This document shows positions 1-10,190 of a stretch of 49,944 nt of DNA, in pieces. Both the position numbers and the translations under genes were made by a program. The notes below the pieces were generated by a model, which was not told where the DNA came from, made no database searches, and saw only the letters and a list, made by a program, of their open reading frames with translations. Within the stretch, counting starts at the first letter, position 1. Each line of letters begins with the position of its first letter. This stretch comes from an uncultured Olsenella sp. (GTDB lineage Bacteria > Actinomycetota > Coriobacteriia > Coriobacteriales > Atopobiaceae), in contig CAMXZR010000001.1 of the NCBI GenBank assembly GCA_947253595.1, positions 1 through 49,944 on the forward strand, read 5' to 3'.

Positions 1-116
1 ACCCCAAGGCATGTGGAACTTGCGCAGAGGGAAGGGTGGTGGCGGGGGCAGGGTAGTATCCTGTCTTGAATGCACGCCGATCATCCAAACGCAGCCCAAA
101 CGAACAAGGGGACATC

Positions 117-1319
117 GTGGGACTCAACGACATGACGCGCCGGAGCGCCCTCAAGCTCCTCCTCGGTGCCGGAGCGAGCGCCACCGTGGCGGGCCTCCTC
201 AACGTGACGAGCGCCTTCGCCGACACGGCAAGCGACCTCGAGCAGACCAAGAAGGACCTCAGCGCCGCACAGGAGAAGTTCGCTCAGGTCCAGGCCCAGC
301 TCGACCAGATCGCGGGCGAGTACGAGGTGCTCTCGCGCGAGCAGTCCAAGACCCTCGACCAGATCGAGGGGGTCAACGACCAGATTTCGTCCACCCAGGA
401 GCAGATTGACAAGACCCAGGCCGACCTGGACAAGAAGAAGGAGCGCCTGGGCGAGAGAATCAACAGCGCCTACAAGTCGGGCAACACCGACTTCCTGAGC
501 ATCATCATGAATTCCGCCTCCTTCGGGGAGCTCACCTCGAACCTCTACTACATGGGCAAGATCACCGAGGCGGACGAGCGCATGATCCAGGAGGTCAAGG
601 ACACCAAGGCCGCCCTCGACCAGCAGAAGGCGGACCTCGAGGGGCAGAAGGCCGAGCTCGAGGCCCTGAACGAGACCCAGAAGCAGCAGCTCTCGCAGAT
701 GCAGGCGAAGCAGGAGGAGGTCCAGGGCGTCCTCTCGGGACTCGACCAGGACGTGAGGGACCTCATCTCCAAGCGCGACGCCGAGATCCAGGAGATGGCA
801 GAGGAGAAGGCCCGTCAGGAGGCCGCGGCCGAGGCGGCGCGTAAGGCGGCGGCTGCCGCAGCGGCCTCCCAATCCTCGTCCTCGGGCGGCGGTGCCTCGT
901 CCGGCGTCTCGGGCAGCATCGGCTCGGACGACCAGACCACCGGCTCGCAGGCGCGCATCATAGCCTCCTGCCAGTCCACCCCCTCGCCCGGCGCGGGCCT
1001 CTGCGCCATGTGGGTCAGCCAGGTGTTCAGCAACGCCGGCTACGCCTACGCCGGCGGCAATGCGAACGACATGTACAACGCCTGGTGCACGAGCTCCAAC
1101 CTGGGCCAGATCAAGCCCGGCATGATCGTGGCCGTGTCCACCCACCCTCACTCCAGCGCCGGTCGCATCTACGGCCACATCGGCATCTACGTGGGCGGCG
1201 GCACCATCATGGACAACGTGGGCTACGTGCGCACGAGCAGCCTCAGCAGCTGGATCAGCTACTACGGCGGGACCGTCACCCCGCGCTGGGGCTGGCTGAT
1301 GGGCATCGAGCTAGCCTAG
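117..1319 (+). CDS. Secreted PcsB/CwlO-like coiled-coil protein with C-terminal CHAP/NlpC-P60-like peptidoglycan hydrolase domain
   Basis: Twin-arginine-like leader (TRRSALKLLL), long coiled coil, Ser/Gly linker, then GLCAMWVSQVF...GGNANDM...YGHIGIY with Cys/His catalytic pattern. GTG at 117 follows AAGGGGA; ATG at 132 is the alternative start. Confidence 0.8.
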   Translation: MGLNDMTRRSALKLLLGAGASATVAGLLNVTSAFADTASDLEQTKKDLSAAQEKFAQVQAQLDQIAGEYEVLSREQSKTLDQIEGVNDQISSTQEQIDKTQADLDKKKERLGERINSAYKSGNTDFLSIIMNSASFGELTSNLYYMGKITEADERMIQEVKDTKAALDQQKADLEGQKAELEALNETQKQQLSQMQAKQEEVQGVLSGLDQDVRDLISKRDAEIQEMAEEKARQEAAAEAARKAAAAAAASQSSSSGGGASSGVSGSIGSDDQTTGSQARIIASCQSTPSPGAGLCAMWVSQVFSNAGYAYAGGNANDMYNAWCTSSNLGQIKPGMIVAVSTHPHSSAGRIYGHIGIYVGGGTIMDNVGYVRTSSLSSWISYYGGTVTPRWGWLMGIELA

Positions 1320-2173
1320 CAGGCGCTCGAGTCGAGCAGCGCGAAGAGCGCGGACGCGCAGGGAGAAGGGGCGGCGTCTCGCCTGCAGGCCACGTAGGTC
1401 GTACGGTACGCCGGGTTCGCGAGGTGACGCACCAACACGTCGAAGGGGCAGCGCTCGAGCGCGAGCGACGGCAGGAGCGACACGCCCAAGCCACTCTCGA
1501 CCATGGAGAGTATGACCGTAACGTCTGCCGTCTCGAAGCGCACCCTGAGATGCCGCAGGTCCGCCTGAAGCAGGGGCACCGTCTCCGCATCCGCCACGAA
1601 CTCCTCGTCCGCCAGCTCCTCGATGCCGACGCGCGCCCGCGACGCCAGCCGGTGACGCACGGGCAGGACGGCCACGATCTCGTCCCGGTCGAAGGGGCGG
1701 GCCAGCAGGTCCTCCCTGCCCACCACGTTGGGCAGGAAGCCCAGGTCGACCTCGTCCTCCAGGACGAGCCGCTCCACCTCGGCGTAGGTGCCCAGGCGGA
1801 GGTCGACCCTGAGCTGCGGGTTCTCGGCGACGAAGCTGCCGAGCAGACGGGGCAGGCGGTAGGCAGCGATGCTCGAGGTGGCGGCAATCCGCACGGAGGG
1901 CAGGCTCTCGCACGACTCGCCAAGCTTGAGGTGGAGGCGGTCGTAGCTCCGGCAGAGCCCCTCCACCAGAGGGAGAAGCTCCTCTCCTCTACGCGTGAGC
2001 ACGACGGACCCGCCGCCACGCTCGAAGAGGCTCACGTCCCAGAGCCGCTCCAGGTCAGAGATCATGTGGCTCACGCCCGACTGCGAGCACGAGAGCGCGC
2101 TCGCAGCCTTGGTGAAGCTCCCCCTGCGCGCCGCCTCGAGGAAGGGACGGTACTTGTTGATGTTGTCGATCAT
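1316..2173 (-). CDS. LysR family transcriptional regulator
   Basis: N-terminal SFTKAASALSCSQSGVSHMISDLE helix-turn-helix, ~285 aa; ATG at 2173 preceded by GGAGGGG. Confidence 0.9.
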   Translation of the reverse strand: MIDNINKYRPFLEAARRGSFTKAASALSCSQSGVSHMISDLERLWDVSLFERGGGSVVLTRRGEELLPLVEGLCRSYDRLHLKLGESCESLPSVRIAATSSIAAYRLPRLLGSFVAENPQLRVDLRLGTYAEVERLVLEDEVDLGFLPNVVGREDLLARPFDRDEIVAVLPVRHRLASRARVGIEELADEEFVADAETVPLLQADLRHLRVRFETADVTVILSMVESGLGVSLLPSLALERCPFDVLVRHLANPAYRTTYVACRRDAAPSPCASALFALLDSSAC

Positions 2174-2214
2174 GTCCCCTCCCCAGAACGCCCCGAATCT
2201 AGGACGGCGACGCG

Positions 2215-2254
2215 GCAAAGAGAAGCCCCCTGCCACCAGGCGGAGGCAGGGGGC
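2215..2254 (-). terminator. Probable intrinsic terminator after the amidohydrolase gene
   Basis: Perfect 10-bp stem GCCCCCTGCC/GGCAGGGGGC followed on the minus strand by TTCTCTTTG. Confidence 0.55.
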
Positions 2255-2390
2255 GGGGGGCGGTCCAGCACGAGCAAGACCGCCCCCAGGGCAAGGAACC
2301 TCACGGCCCGCAGCGCAGGACGAGCCGAGAGAGACCGGAGACGGGCGTCCCGCCAAGGGAGCGGGACGGGATGTCCGGGGACAGACGGGG

Positions 2391-3638
2391 CTACAGGGCG
2401 TTCTTGATAACGACGTCGCCCTCCTTCATGATCACGTCCATGTTGTCGGGCGTGAGGTCGTGGAGGTCTGCCAGGACGTCGCCCTTTACCATGAGGAGGT
2501 CCGCGTACTTCCCCTTCTCCAGGGAGCCGAACTCGTCCTCCCTGTGGACCATCTTGGCACCGTTGAGCGTGGCGGCGGTGATGGTGTCCATCGCCGAGAT
2601 ACCGCAGTGGTCGACCCAGGCGTACATCTCGTCGATGGTCGTGTAGCCGTAGGGCGTACTGAAGCTGAAGGAATCGGACCCCACGGTGAGGGTGACGCCC
2701 AGCTCGTAGGCGCGCTTGAGGTTGGCCCAGGTACGGGCGATGCCCTTCTCGGCGTTGTCCTTGCCGGGGAACCTGTCGAGCTCGGGCGTCCACTCCGGCG
2801 GGTAGGTGCCATACCAGCTGGGCAGGAAGCCCACGGTGGGCGTGAAGAAGGTCCCCTGCTCGGCCATGAGGCTCATGGTAACGTCGTCCAGCTCGAAGCC
2901 ATGGATCAGCTGCTCGCAGCCAAAGCGGACGGAGTCGTACGCCGCCGAGACGCTGTTGTAAGAGTGCGACCAAACGGGAATGCCCACCATCGCCGCCTCG
3001 TCACAGACGGCCTTGATCTCTTCCGTGCTCATGAGCTGGGCGCGGCCGGAGTCCCAGCGCCAGATGCCGCCGCCGGTGGCCCAGATCTTGATGGCGTCGG
3101 GGTTCTCGCGCAGGCGCATGCGGATGGCATGGCGCAGCTCCCAGGGGCCGTCCACCTGGTCTCCCCAGGGATGCCCGGTCTTGGACATCTCGAAGGGCAG
3201 GTTGTGGGAGTCGCCGTGACCGGCGGTGCGACAGAACCCCAGGCCGGTTGCGAAGATGCGCGGGCCCTTCATGATGCCCATGTTGATCAGGTCGCGGATG
3301 GCAATGCCATTGCGGCCGATCTCGCAGCAGGTCGTGAGGCCGTGCGTCACGGCGTCGTAGGCCTGCTTCACGGCGCAGGCCTGCTTCTGCGCCACCGTCT
3401 CGATGACCCAGTCGTTGTCGTTGTCGGTCAGGTTGCCCGAGAAGTGGATGTGCGTGTCCACGATGCCCGGCATCAGGGTGTGATCTGCGGCGTCAATGAC
3501 CTTGTAGCCCTCGGGGACCTCGATCGCCGCGCCGGCATAGCTTATGGTCTTGCCGTCCACCAGGACGAGGCTGTCCTCGACCGCCGCGGCACCGGTGCCA
3601 TCTACGAGCTTGCCGCCCACGAATGCGTACCTACCCAT
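2391..3638 (-). CDS. Metal-dependent amidohydrolase (Xaa-Pro dipeptidase-like subgroup)
   Basis: LMPGIVDTHIH, AIKIWATGG, SHSY, LIHG, GSDS and GSLEKGKYADLL motifs. Confidence 0.9.
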   Translation of the reverse strand: MGRYAFVGGKLVDGTGAAAVEDSLVLVDGKTISYAGAAIEVPEGYKVIDAADHTLMPGIVDTHIHFSGNLTDNDNDWVIETVAQKQACAVKQAYDAVTHGLTTCCEIGRNGIAIRDLINMGIMKGPRIFATGLGFCRTAGHGDSHNLPFEMSKTGHPWGDQVDGPWELRHAIRMRLRENPDAIKIWATGGGIWRWDSGRAQLMSTEEIKAVCDEAAMVGIPVWSHSYNSVSAAYDSVRFGCEQLIHGFELDDVTMSLMAEQGTFFTPTVGFLPSWYGTYPPEWTPELDRFPGKDNAEKGIARTWANLKRAYELGVTLTVGSDSFSFSTPYGYTTIDEMYAWVDHCGISAMDTITAATLNGAKMVHREDEFGSLEKGKYADLLMVKGDVLADLHDLTPDNMDVIMKEGDVVIKNAL

Positions 3639-3725
3639 GCTAGCCTCCACTTTCCTCGCTTGCCTCTTGCCTGTTAGACCGGTCGCCCAACCTGGCTCGC
3701 GCCATCCCGGGCGAGAGTTGCCTTG

Positions 3726-5201
3726 CTAGCGTCGCCGCGCGACCCCTACGGGCGCACGCCCCCCTCCCCTGCTGCCGAAGGCCAGGAGCAGGGCGAAGCC
3801 AAGGACCACCCAGACGATGGTGATGGCCCACTCCACGCCGTTCAAGGCGGCAGGACTCGCAGGCACGACCATGAGGACGATGATCAGGAGTCCCGCCACG
3901 ATGGCGCAGCAGATGCCGAACCTGCCGCCGTTGACCTTGTAGGGGCGCTCGAGGGCGGGCTCTGTCCTGCGCAGGCGCAGGCAGGCGAAGCCGGCCATGG
4001 TGCAGGCGAAGATGAAGCCGAGCGAGGCCACGTTGGTGAGGGGCACGAGCATGTTGCATCCCAGGAAGGGACCCACGAGGGTAAGGACGGCCAGCACGAC
4101 GTTGGCCTTTCGGGGGGCGCCGGACGCAGGGTCTATCTGGGCGAACGACGCGGGGAGCATCTCCTTGCGGCCCATTGCCAGCATGAGGCGCGCCGAGGCG
4201 CCGAAGAAGGAATTCATGGGACCGAGAGGGCCGAGCGTGGCGACGACGAGCATCGCGACGTAGAAGAAGAGGTTGATGCGCTCGAGCACGGCCAGGGCGG
4301 GGACGGAGGCACGCACGAACTCGTGCCAGTCGACGATGGACCCGAAGGAGTAGATGCAGACCAGGTAGAAGACGCCGGAGGCCAGAAGCGCGATGGCCGG
4401 CACCAGGCCGAACTTCTTCCAGTCGAGGTCGGCGGAGGCCTCCTCCGCCTGCTGCGGGATGGTGTCGAAGCCGGCATAGAAGAAGGGGGTCATGACCAGG
4501 ATCGCGATCACGCCGCCCAGAAGGCTCGTGGCACCGGTCGACCTGCCGCCTGCGGCATCGCTCACCTGGGAGAAGACGGGCAACGCGTTGCTGGGCGACC
4601 CCGTGGCGATGGAGATGGCCATCGCGAGTACCATGCCGGCGAGAAGCGCCTTGGTGAGGAAGGACGAGAGCTTGGCCGCCGCCCCCGCACCCTTGAAGTT
4701 GAGATAAATCACCAGAACAGCGAAGCTCAGGGCAATGATCGTGGGCCAGAGGTACACGTCAGCGCCCAGGATGGTGTAGAGGCGCACGGAACGCAGCCAC
4801 GAGAGGGCTGGGAATTCGACGAAGCGGTCAGTGAGCAGGGTCGAGATGGCGATCGCCTCCCAGGGGCAGAGCGGCGCGTTGCCCAGGAGCAGCATCCAGC
4901 CGGTGAGAAAGCCGAGCCTGCGGCCGAAGCTGCGGTCGACGTACTCGATGATGCCGCCCGAGATGGGGATGGCGGCGGTGAGCTCGCCGAAGCACATGCC
5001 TATGGGGACGAGGAAGACGGCTCCCAGGGCGAAGGCGATCATGGCCGGAACGGGACCGCCGCCCAGGACCATCCAGTCGCCCACCAGCAGAACCCAGCCC
5101 GTCCCGATGATCGCGCCGAAGCCGATGGTGAAGAAGTTGAAGAGCGTGAGCTCCTTCTTCATGCCACCAGAGACGACGGGCTGCTCGTCCTTGTCTGACA
5201 T
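3726..5201 (-). CDS. APC family amino acid permease
   Basis: GFGAIIGTGW, ELTAAIPISGG, FFYAGFD and RPYKV motifs; about 12 hydrophobic segments; ATG after GGAGGG. Confidence 0.9.
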   Translation of the reverse strand: MSDKDEQPVVSGGMKKELTLFNFFTIGFGAIIGTGWVLLVGDWMVLGGGPVPAMIAFALGAVFLVPIGMCFGELTAAIPISGGIIEYVDRSFGRRLGFLTGWMLLLGNAPLCPWEAIAISTLLTDRFVEFPALSWLRSVRLYTILGADVYLWPTIIALSFAVLVIYLNFKGAGAAAKLSSFLTKALLAGMVLAMAISIATGSPSNALPVFSQVSDAAGGRSTGATSLLGGVIAILVMTPFFYAGFDTIPQQAEEASADLDWKKFGLVPAIALLASGVFYLVCIYSFGSIVDWHEFVRASVPALAVLERINLFFYVAMLVVATLGPLGPMNSFFGASARLMLAMGRKEMLPASFAQIDPASGAPRKANVVLAVLTLVGPFLGCNMLVPLTNVASLGFIFACTMAGFACLRLRRTEPALERPYKVNGGRFGICCAIVAGLLIIVLMVVPASPAALNGVEWAITIVWVVLGFALLLAFGSRGGGRAPVGVARRR

Positions 5202-5520
5202 ACGTCCCTCCCCCTTCGCGCGCGAACCGCGCCCACGCCCGAAATCGGGCCTCGCGCCCCAACGGGACGCACCCCCCACACATGAAAAAGCTAGCGAGCA
5301 GGAACCTGCACCGACCCCGTCCGAACTGCGGGCGCGAATCCTGGAGGTGCGAACGGCAGAGACGCGCAGGCTGCCCATGAGGCTTTCTAACAGGAGCATG
5401 AGCACGTCTCATCTGCTGGCACCGGAGAGGCAATGGAGGCCTGGGGCAGGGCCATGCGAGACACCCGAGCGACGGAGCGACCGTGCAGGGGAGTCATGGC
5501 CCCCTCCGCCACAGACATCC

Positions 5521-6006
5521 TCAGCGCAGGAGGAGCAGGAGGGCGGAGACAGAGATCGCCGGGGCCCAGGCGAAGTCCTGCTGAAGGAGGGAGCCGGCCG
5601 AAGAGCCGGGGCGGAAGCGCGGCAGGCGCATGACGAGCACGGACGACAGGGCCAGGAGGCAGGAGAGGGCGACCAGGGCGAGGCCTCCCTCGACGCCCAG
5701 GTGACAGGCGAGGGAGGCGAGGAGCTTCAGGTCCCCGCCTCCCATGCCGGGCGCATGGAGCAACCTCCTCGTGGCCAGGGCGAAGGCCAGGAGGAAACCT
5801 CCCACGACGAGGCCCGCTGCAAGCGAGCGAACGAGGGCGAGCGTGGGCAGCCCCCGGGAGAGGTCATGCGCCAGGACGAGGCCAGCAAGCCTGAGGAAGA
5901 GTATGGCGAGAACGCAGGCGTCGGGTATCCTGCGCTCCCTTAGATCCACGACGGACGTGACAACGAGGACGGACGCGAGGGCGAGGAGGAGAGGGGCCCC
6001 CGTCAC
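5521..6006 (-). CDS. A24 family prepilin peptidase-like membrane protein
   Basis: DLRERRIPD and GMGGGDLKLL aspartic-peptidase motifs, FAWAPAI C-terminus; GTG start overlaps the upstream stop (GTGA). Confidence 0.8.
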   Translation of the reverse strand: MTGAPLLLALASVLVVTSVVDLRERRIPDACVLAILFLRLAGLVLAHDLSRGLPTLALVRSLAAGLVVGGFLLAFALATRRLLHAPGMGGGDLKLLASLACHLGVEGGLALVALSCLLALSSVLVMRLPRFRPGSSAGSLLQQDFAWAPAISVSALLLLLR

Positions 6007-6461
6007 GGCCTCACGCACCACAGCACCCGGCCGCGGTTATCCTCCCCCAGCTCTATGGCACAGGCAAGGCCTTTGCAGAAGAGCAGGTCAACGCCTGTGA
6101 TTCGATACGCGAGGTGCTCCATGAAGGGAACGTGGCCCACCACGACGACGCAGTCGGGGTCCTCGGCGCCAAGCTCCAGCAGGAATTCCTCCTCGTCCTG
6201 CTCGTAGAGGCTCTGATGCAGGTCGACGTCGCCCGGGTCGATCCCGAGGGCGTCGGCCACGGCCTCTGCCGTCTGGAGCGCCCGCACAGCGGGACTCGAC
6301 CATATGCGGAGGCCCTCCCTTTGCCTGAGCGATGCCAGCCCCTCCGGATAGGCCCTCTTCAGGACCCTCAGGCCCTCCGGGGTGAGGCGACGGGCGGCGT
6401 CCCCCTCGGGATTGAAGTTCTCGGGGATCCCATGGCGGACGAGGACGAGCGTACGGGGCAT
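6003..6461 (-). CDS. SixA-like histidine phosphatase
   Basis: LVLVRHG, D..RRLT, SSPAVRALQTA and VVGHVP motifs. Confidence 0.85.
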   Translation of the reverse strand: MPRTLVLVRHGIPENFNPEGDAARRLTPEGLRVLKRAYPEGLASLRQREGLRIWSSPAVRALQTAEAVADALGIDPGDVDLHQSLYEQDEEEFLLELGAEDPDCVVVVGHVPFMEHLAYRITGVDLLFCKGLACAIELGEDNRGRVLWCVRP

Positions 6462-6753
6462 ATCTCCTCCAAATCGCGTCTTCTGGCTGGCTCATGACGG
6501 CCCCATTGTCCCATCAAACGCGACGATGTCCGCCGTCCTTGGCCAGAATGGCAGCTAGATTCGTCCGGCTCCACCATCGCTGCCAAGAGCAACGTCCAAG
6601 GGACAGGCGAGGCCTGCGCGGCGATGCCCGGGCGGCCCCACCCCCGTCGAACCCTCCCGACTGCGGGTGACCCCGCTTTCGGGAGGTCAGGGAACACCCC
6701 AGGCCGACGATGCAGACCTGGGGGGACGAGGGGCTTCAGTTGCCGACGGGCGA

Positions 6754-8955
6754 CTAGATCCGCTTGCGGCGAAGCCAGCAGCCCGCCCCTGCGAGCGCGG
6801 TGGCCGCGACGGCCACGAGACCCGCGACGGTGCCCTGGGCGGCGTCACCCGTCTTGGGCAGCGAGGATGTCCCGTTCGCGTTCGACTTGTTCGTGGTAGC
6901 GTCAGCCTTCTGGGTGGGACCCGACTGGACGTCACTGGCCTTGTTGACCGTGAGGCCGACCTCGCCGTAGCCGGCGGCAGTCGCCACCTTGATGGAGTGT
7001 TCGCCTGCCGAGAGGGAGTTGACGTACTCGGGCTTGAACTTGATCACGACGGAGCCGGCGCTAGCGGTGTAGTCGCGGTCGCGCGCGAGGCGCTTTCCGT
7101 CGACCTCGACATAGCCATAGGCGTTGCCGTCGAAGTCGGAGAAGTCGGCAGCGAGCTCGAGGGCGAGACCCTTCGCCTTCCCCTCGGTCATCGAAAGCCT
7201 GCTTTCGGCGAAGGAGACCCCATTGTCCTTGTTGTTTGCCTCCATTTGATGAAGCCGAGGCGGGTCGAGGGGTCCTTGGCACCCTGCTGGCTGCCCTGGC
7301 TTCCGCCCTGCTGCTTACCGCCCTGCTGGCCGCCCTGCTGCTTACCGCCCTGCTGGCCGCCCTGCTGGCCGCCTTGGCTTCCGCCCTGCTTGGGAGCACT
7401 GGTCTCGGCCACGACGTCAGCCTTCGCGGAGAAGCAGAGCTTGGTCCCACCGCCGCCAGCCGTCACGATGTAGAGGGTCTTGGTGATGGTGTACTTGTCT
7501 CCCTCGATCATGTTCTTGTTCTCGGCCTCGAAGGCGGAGTCGGCCTGGGAGGTCACGGTCTTGTCGCAGATGGTCTGCAGGATGTCACCGCTTCGCTTCT
7601 GCACCTTGTACTGAATCTTCCAGTCCAGGCCCTTCATGTCCCTCATGATCTTCGCGGAGTCCATGCCCTTGAGCTTCTCGTTGCCGCGATAGTACTGGAG
7701 GTAAGCGTCCTTGGACTGTACGATGGGCATGTCGAAGCCCTCGTTCGACCAGGAGCTTGACCCGGAGCTCCACATGTACATGTCAAGCAGGTCGATGTCG
7801 CCCGAGGGGGTGAGGGTCACCTTCCCATCCCTGGCGGCGGCATCATTCTTGAGTGCGGTGCGCTGGGGATAGTAGCCGTCCTGTTCCGCGAGGGAGACTC
7901 CCATCAGGCTCGCGACGTCGCTGGTCCAGGGGCAGGCCTCGGGTAGCTGGTTGTACGCGAGCTCGAGCCTGTGCACCTTGCCCGTGGCGACCACGCCGGA
8001 GGGCACGTCAGAGATGAGGTTGTCGGACAGCTTGACGTCCGCTCCGATTCCCCCGAACTGCTTGCTGCTGGCGATGTTCTTCCACACCGCGTCGGAGACC
8101 TTGGATATCCGGTTGTGAGAGGCGTCCAGGCTCCTCAGCTTCGTCGCTCCGTCAAGGCTCTTGGGAAGCTCGGTGATGCCGGTGTTGCTCACCGCGAAGG
8201 TGGCCAGCTCCTTCGAGGAGGCCGCGCTCTCGGGGATGCGACCCAGGCCGGGGTTGTCGCTCAGGTTCACGTCGCGCAGCTTCGCGTTGCCGGAGAAGAT
8301 GTTCTCGTCCAGGCTCGTGAGCTTGTTGTCGTAGAGGTGCACCAGCTCGAGCTCCGTGAGGCCGTCGAAGATGCCTGCGGGGAGCTGGGAGATCCAGGCT
8401 TGCGAGAGGTTGATGGTCTTGAGCTTCTTGTTGTGGGCAAAGAGCTTGGCAGTGAGGTGGTTGCCCAGCTTGTTGGAGCCCAGGGTCACGTTCTCGAGCT
8501 CGGGGTTGTGGGCGAAGAGCCCGTCGGGAAGGGCATCGATCTCGTTTGCCGCGAGGTTGACGGACTTCAGCTGGGGTAGCCGTAGTAGCCGAAGTAGTTG
8601 CACCAGCTCCTGATCTCCTGGCCAGCGAGGTTGATGACGACCTGCTAGGTCATGGGCACGGTCAGGAAGTACTTCCCCCCACGAACCTCGAGCTTCGCCG
8701 GGACGCTCGTGTCCACCGCACCAGAGAGCATGGAGTGCTCCTTGAAGTCCCCGCCTGTCCGGGAACGCTGATCCTCACCCGGTACTCACCCTTGGCGAGG
8801 TTCGACTTGTCGAGGGAGGTTGCCTCCCGCGCGAGGGCGACGCTTGCGCCACCCGCAGAGAGGGCGGAGACGCCCGCGCCCGTACCCATCAGAAGGCAGG
8901 CGAGCACCGCCGCTGTGCTGCGGAACGCCCGAGTGCGTACGCTTTTGCTTACCAT
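6754..8955 (-). pseudogene. Fragmented sortase-anchored surface protein: signal peptide, NEAT-like domain, LRRs, Gly/Gln linker, X2/Ig-like domain, LPKTG
   Basis: Signal peptide from ATG 8955; frame change near 8760; shifted frame reads DFKEHSMLSGAVDTSVPAKLEVRGGKYFLTVPMT then TAG at 8645-8647; abrupt join to LxxLxLxxN repeats near 8575; further frame change near 7230-7260; C-terminus LPKTGD, TM segment, RRKRI. Confidence 0.8.
7280..7392 (-). repeat. Tandem 12/15-bp repeats encoding (GGQQ/GGKQQ/GGSQ)n linker
   Basis: Repeated CCGCCCTGCTGG and CCGCCCTGCTGCTTA units on the plus strand. Confidence 0.85.
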
Positions 8956-8989
8956 GCTGTTCTCCTCGCTTCCATTGCCTTGTGGCGTT

Positions 8990-9285
8990 ATTTCGTTAGC
9001 AAGGAAAGCCGTTCTCATAGAAAATGAGCAATCATTCATAGCTTTATAGGAAACATCATCTATGAATAAATGGCACAATTTTACGAGGTAAAAGGCATGA
9101 TTATACCTTTTACCCTTATTATATGCATTAGATTTACCTTAAATAACTTTCATTAGGGCACACTATTCTTTCAGCTTGTCCCTAATAATTTATTTGGGAT
9201 ATATCTCGCGTGAACGGTATGATTTCGTCCGTGAACGGTAGTTTTTAAATAATCTTATGCTTATCTTTGAATTTATCTCGAAAAG
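8990..9285. promoter_or_regulatory. AT-rich divergent promoter region with candidate operators
   Basis: Strong AT enrichment; inverted repeat GGTAAAAGG-N10-CCTTTTACC (9087-9114); direct repeat CGTGAACGGTA at 9209 and 9230; AATGA-N4-TCATT (9023-9036). Confidence 0.6.
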
Positions 9286-9379
9286 GTGCACGCTCTCGAA
9301 CGGGATGCCGCGCCGCCAATGACAGCTGGGCATGTCCGGCGCAGGGTGGTACGGGCCCGTCACGGAGGGAGACGAATCC

Positions 9380-10153
9380 ATGCTCATGATCATCTCGCCA
9401 GCGAAGGGGATGGTCCGCCAGGAGGCCGAGCCTGCGGCGAAGGCCTCCCCGCGCTTCCTAAGAGAGGCCCACGAGCTCGCCTGCGCCCTGCGCGGCCTGG
9501 GCCCCGAGGGGGCCCGGGTGGTCTGGCGCTGCTCGGAGAGGCTGGCGGCCACCTGCTGGGAGCAGCTCCGCACGCTTCCGGAAGACATGCTGGCCCCGCT
9601 GACGTCACTCTCCCCCGCCGTCACGTCCTATGTGGGAATCCAGTATCAGCACCTGTCGCCGCAGGTCATGGACGGACGCGAGCTGGGGTGGCTGGATCAT
9701 CACCTGCGCATCGTCTCGGGCATGTACGGGTTGCTCGGGCCCTTCGACGGCATTTGTCCCCACCGCCTCGAGATGCAGGCGAGGCTTGCCGTGGCGGGGT
9801 CGAGGGACCTCTATGGCTTCTGGGGCTCGCGCATCGCGGACGCCCTCGCGGCGGACCCCTCCTCGGATGTGGTGGTGAACCTTGCCTCCCAGGAGTACGC
9901 GCGGGCGGTGCTCTCGCGACTCGCGCAGGACGGGCCCCGGCAGCTGACCTGCTCGTTCTTCGTCGCTCGCGGACAAGACGGAAGGCTGGTCCAACAGGCG
10001 ACCGAGGCGAAGGCGGCGCGCGGGACCTTCGTCCGCTGGGCGGCGGAGCGAAAGATCGAGGACGTCGAGGAGCTGCGCGACTTCGACGAGCGCGGCTACC
10101 TGCTCGACGAGGCACTCAGCGACGACCGGACGCTTGCCTTCGTACGGCGCTAG
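9380..10153 (+). CDS. yaaA: Peroxide stress protein YaaA (UPF0246)
   Basis: MLMIISPAK start, Y.G..Y, LRIVSGMYGLL.PFD.I..HRLEM, VNLASQEY and AKAARG motifs. Confidence 0.9.
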   Translation: MLMIISPAKGMVRQEAEPAAKASPRFLREAHELACALRGLGPEGARVVWRCSERLAATCWEQLRTLPEDMLAPLTSLSPAVTSYVGIQYQHLSPQVMDGRELGWLDHHLRIVSGMYGLLGPFDGICPHRLEMQARLAVAGSRDLYGFWGSRIADALAADPSSDVVVNLASQEYARAVLSRLAQDGPRQLTCSFFVARGQDGRLVQQATEAKAARGTFVRWAAERKIEDVEELRDFDERGYLLDEALSDDRTLAFVRR

Positions 10154-10190
10154 CGGATGCGCATGACACCCCTCGCCCCATGCGGCGAGC

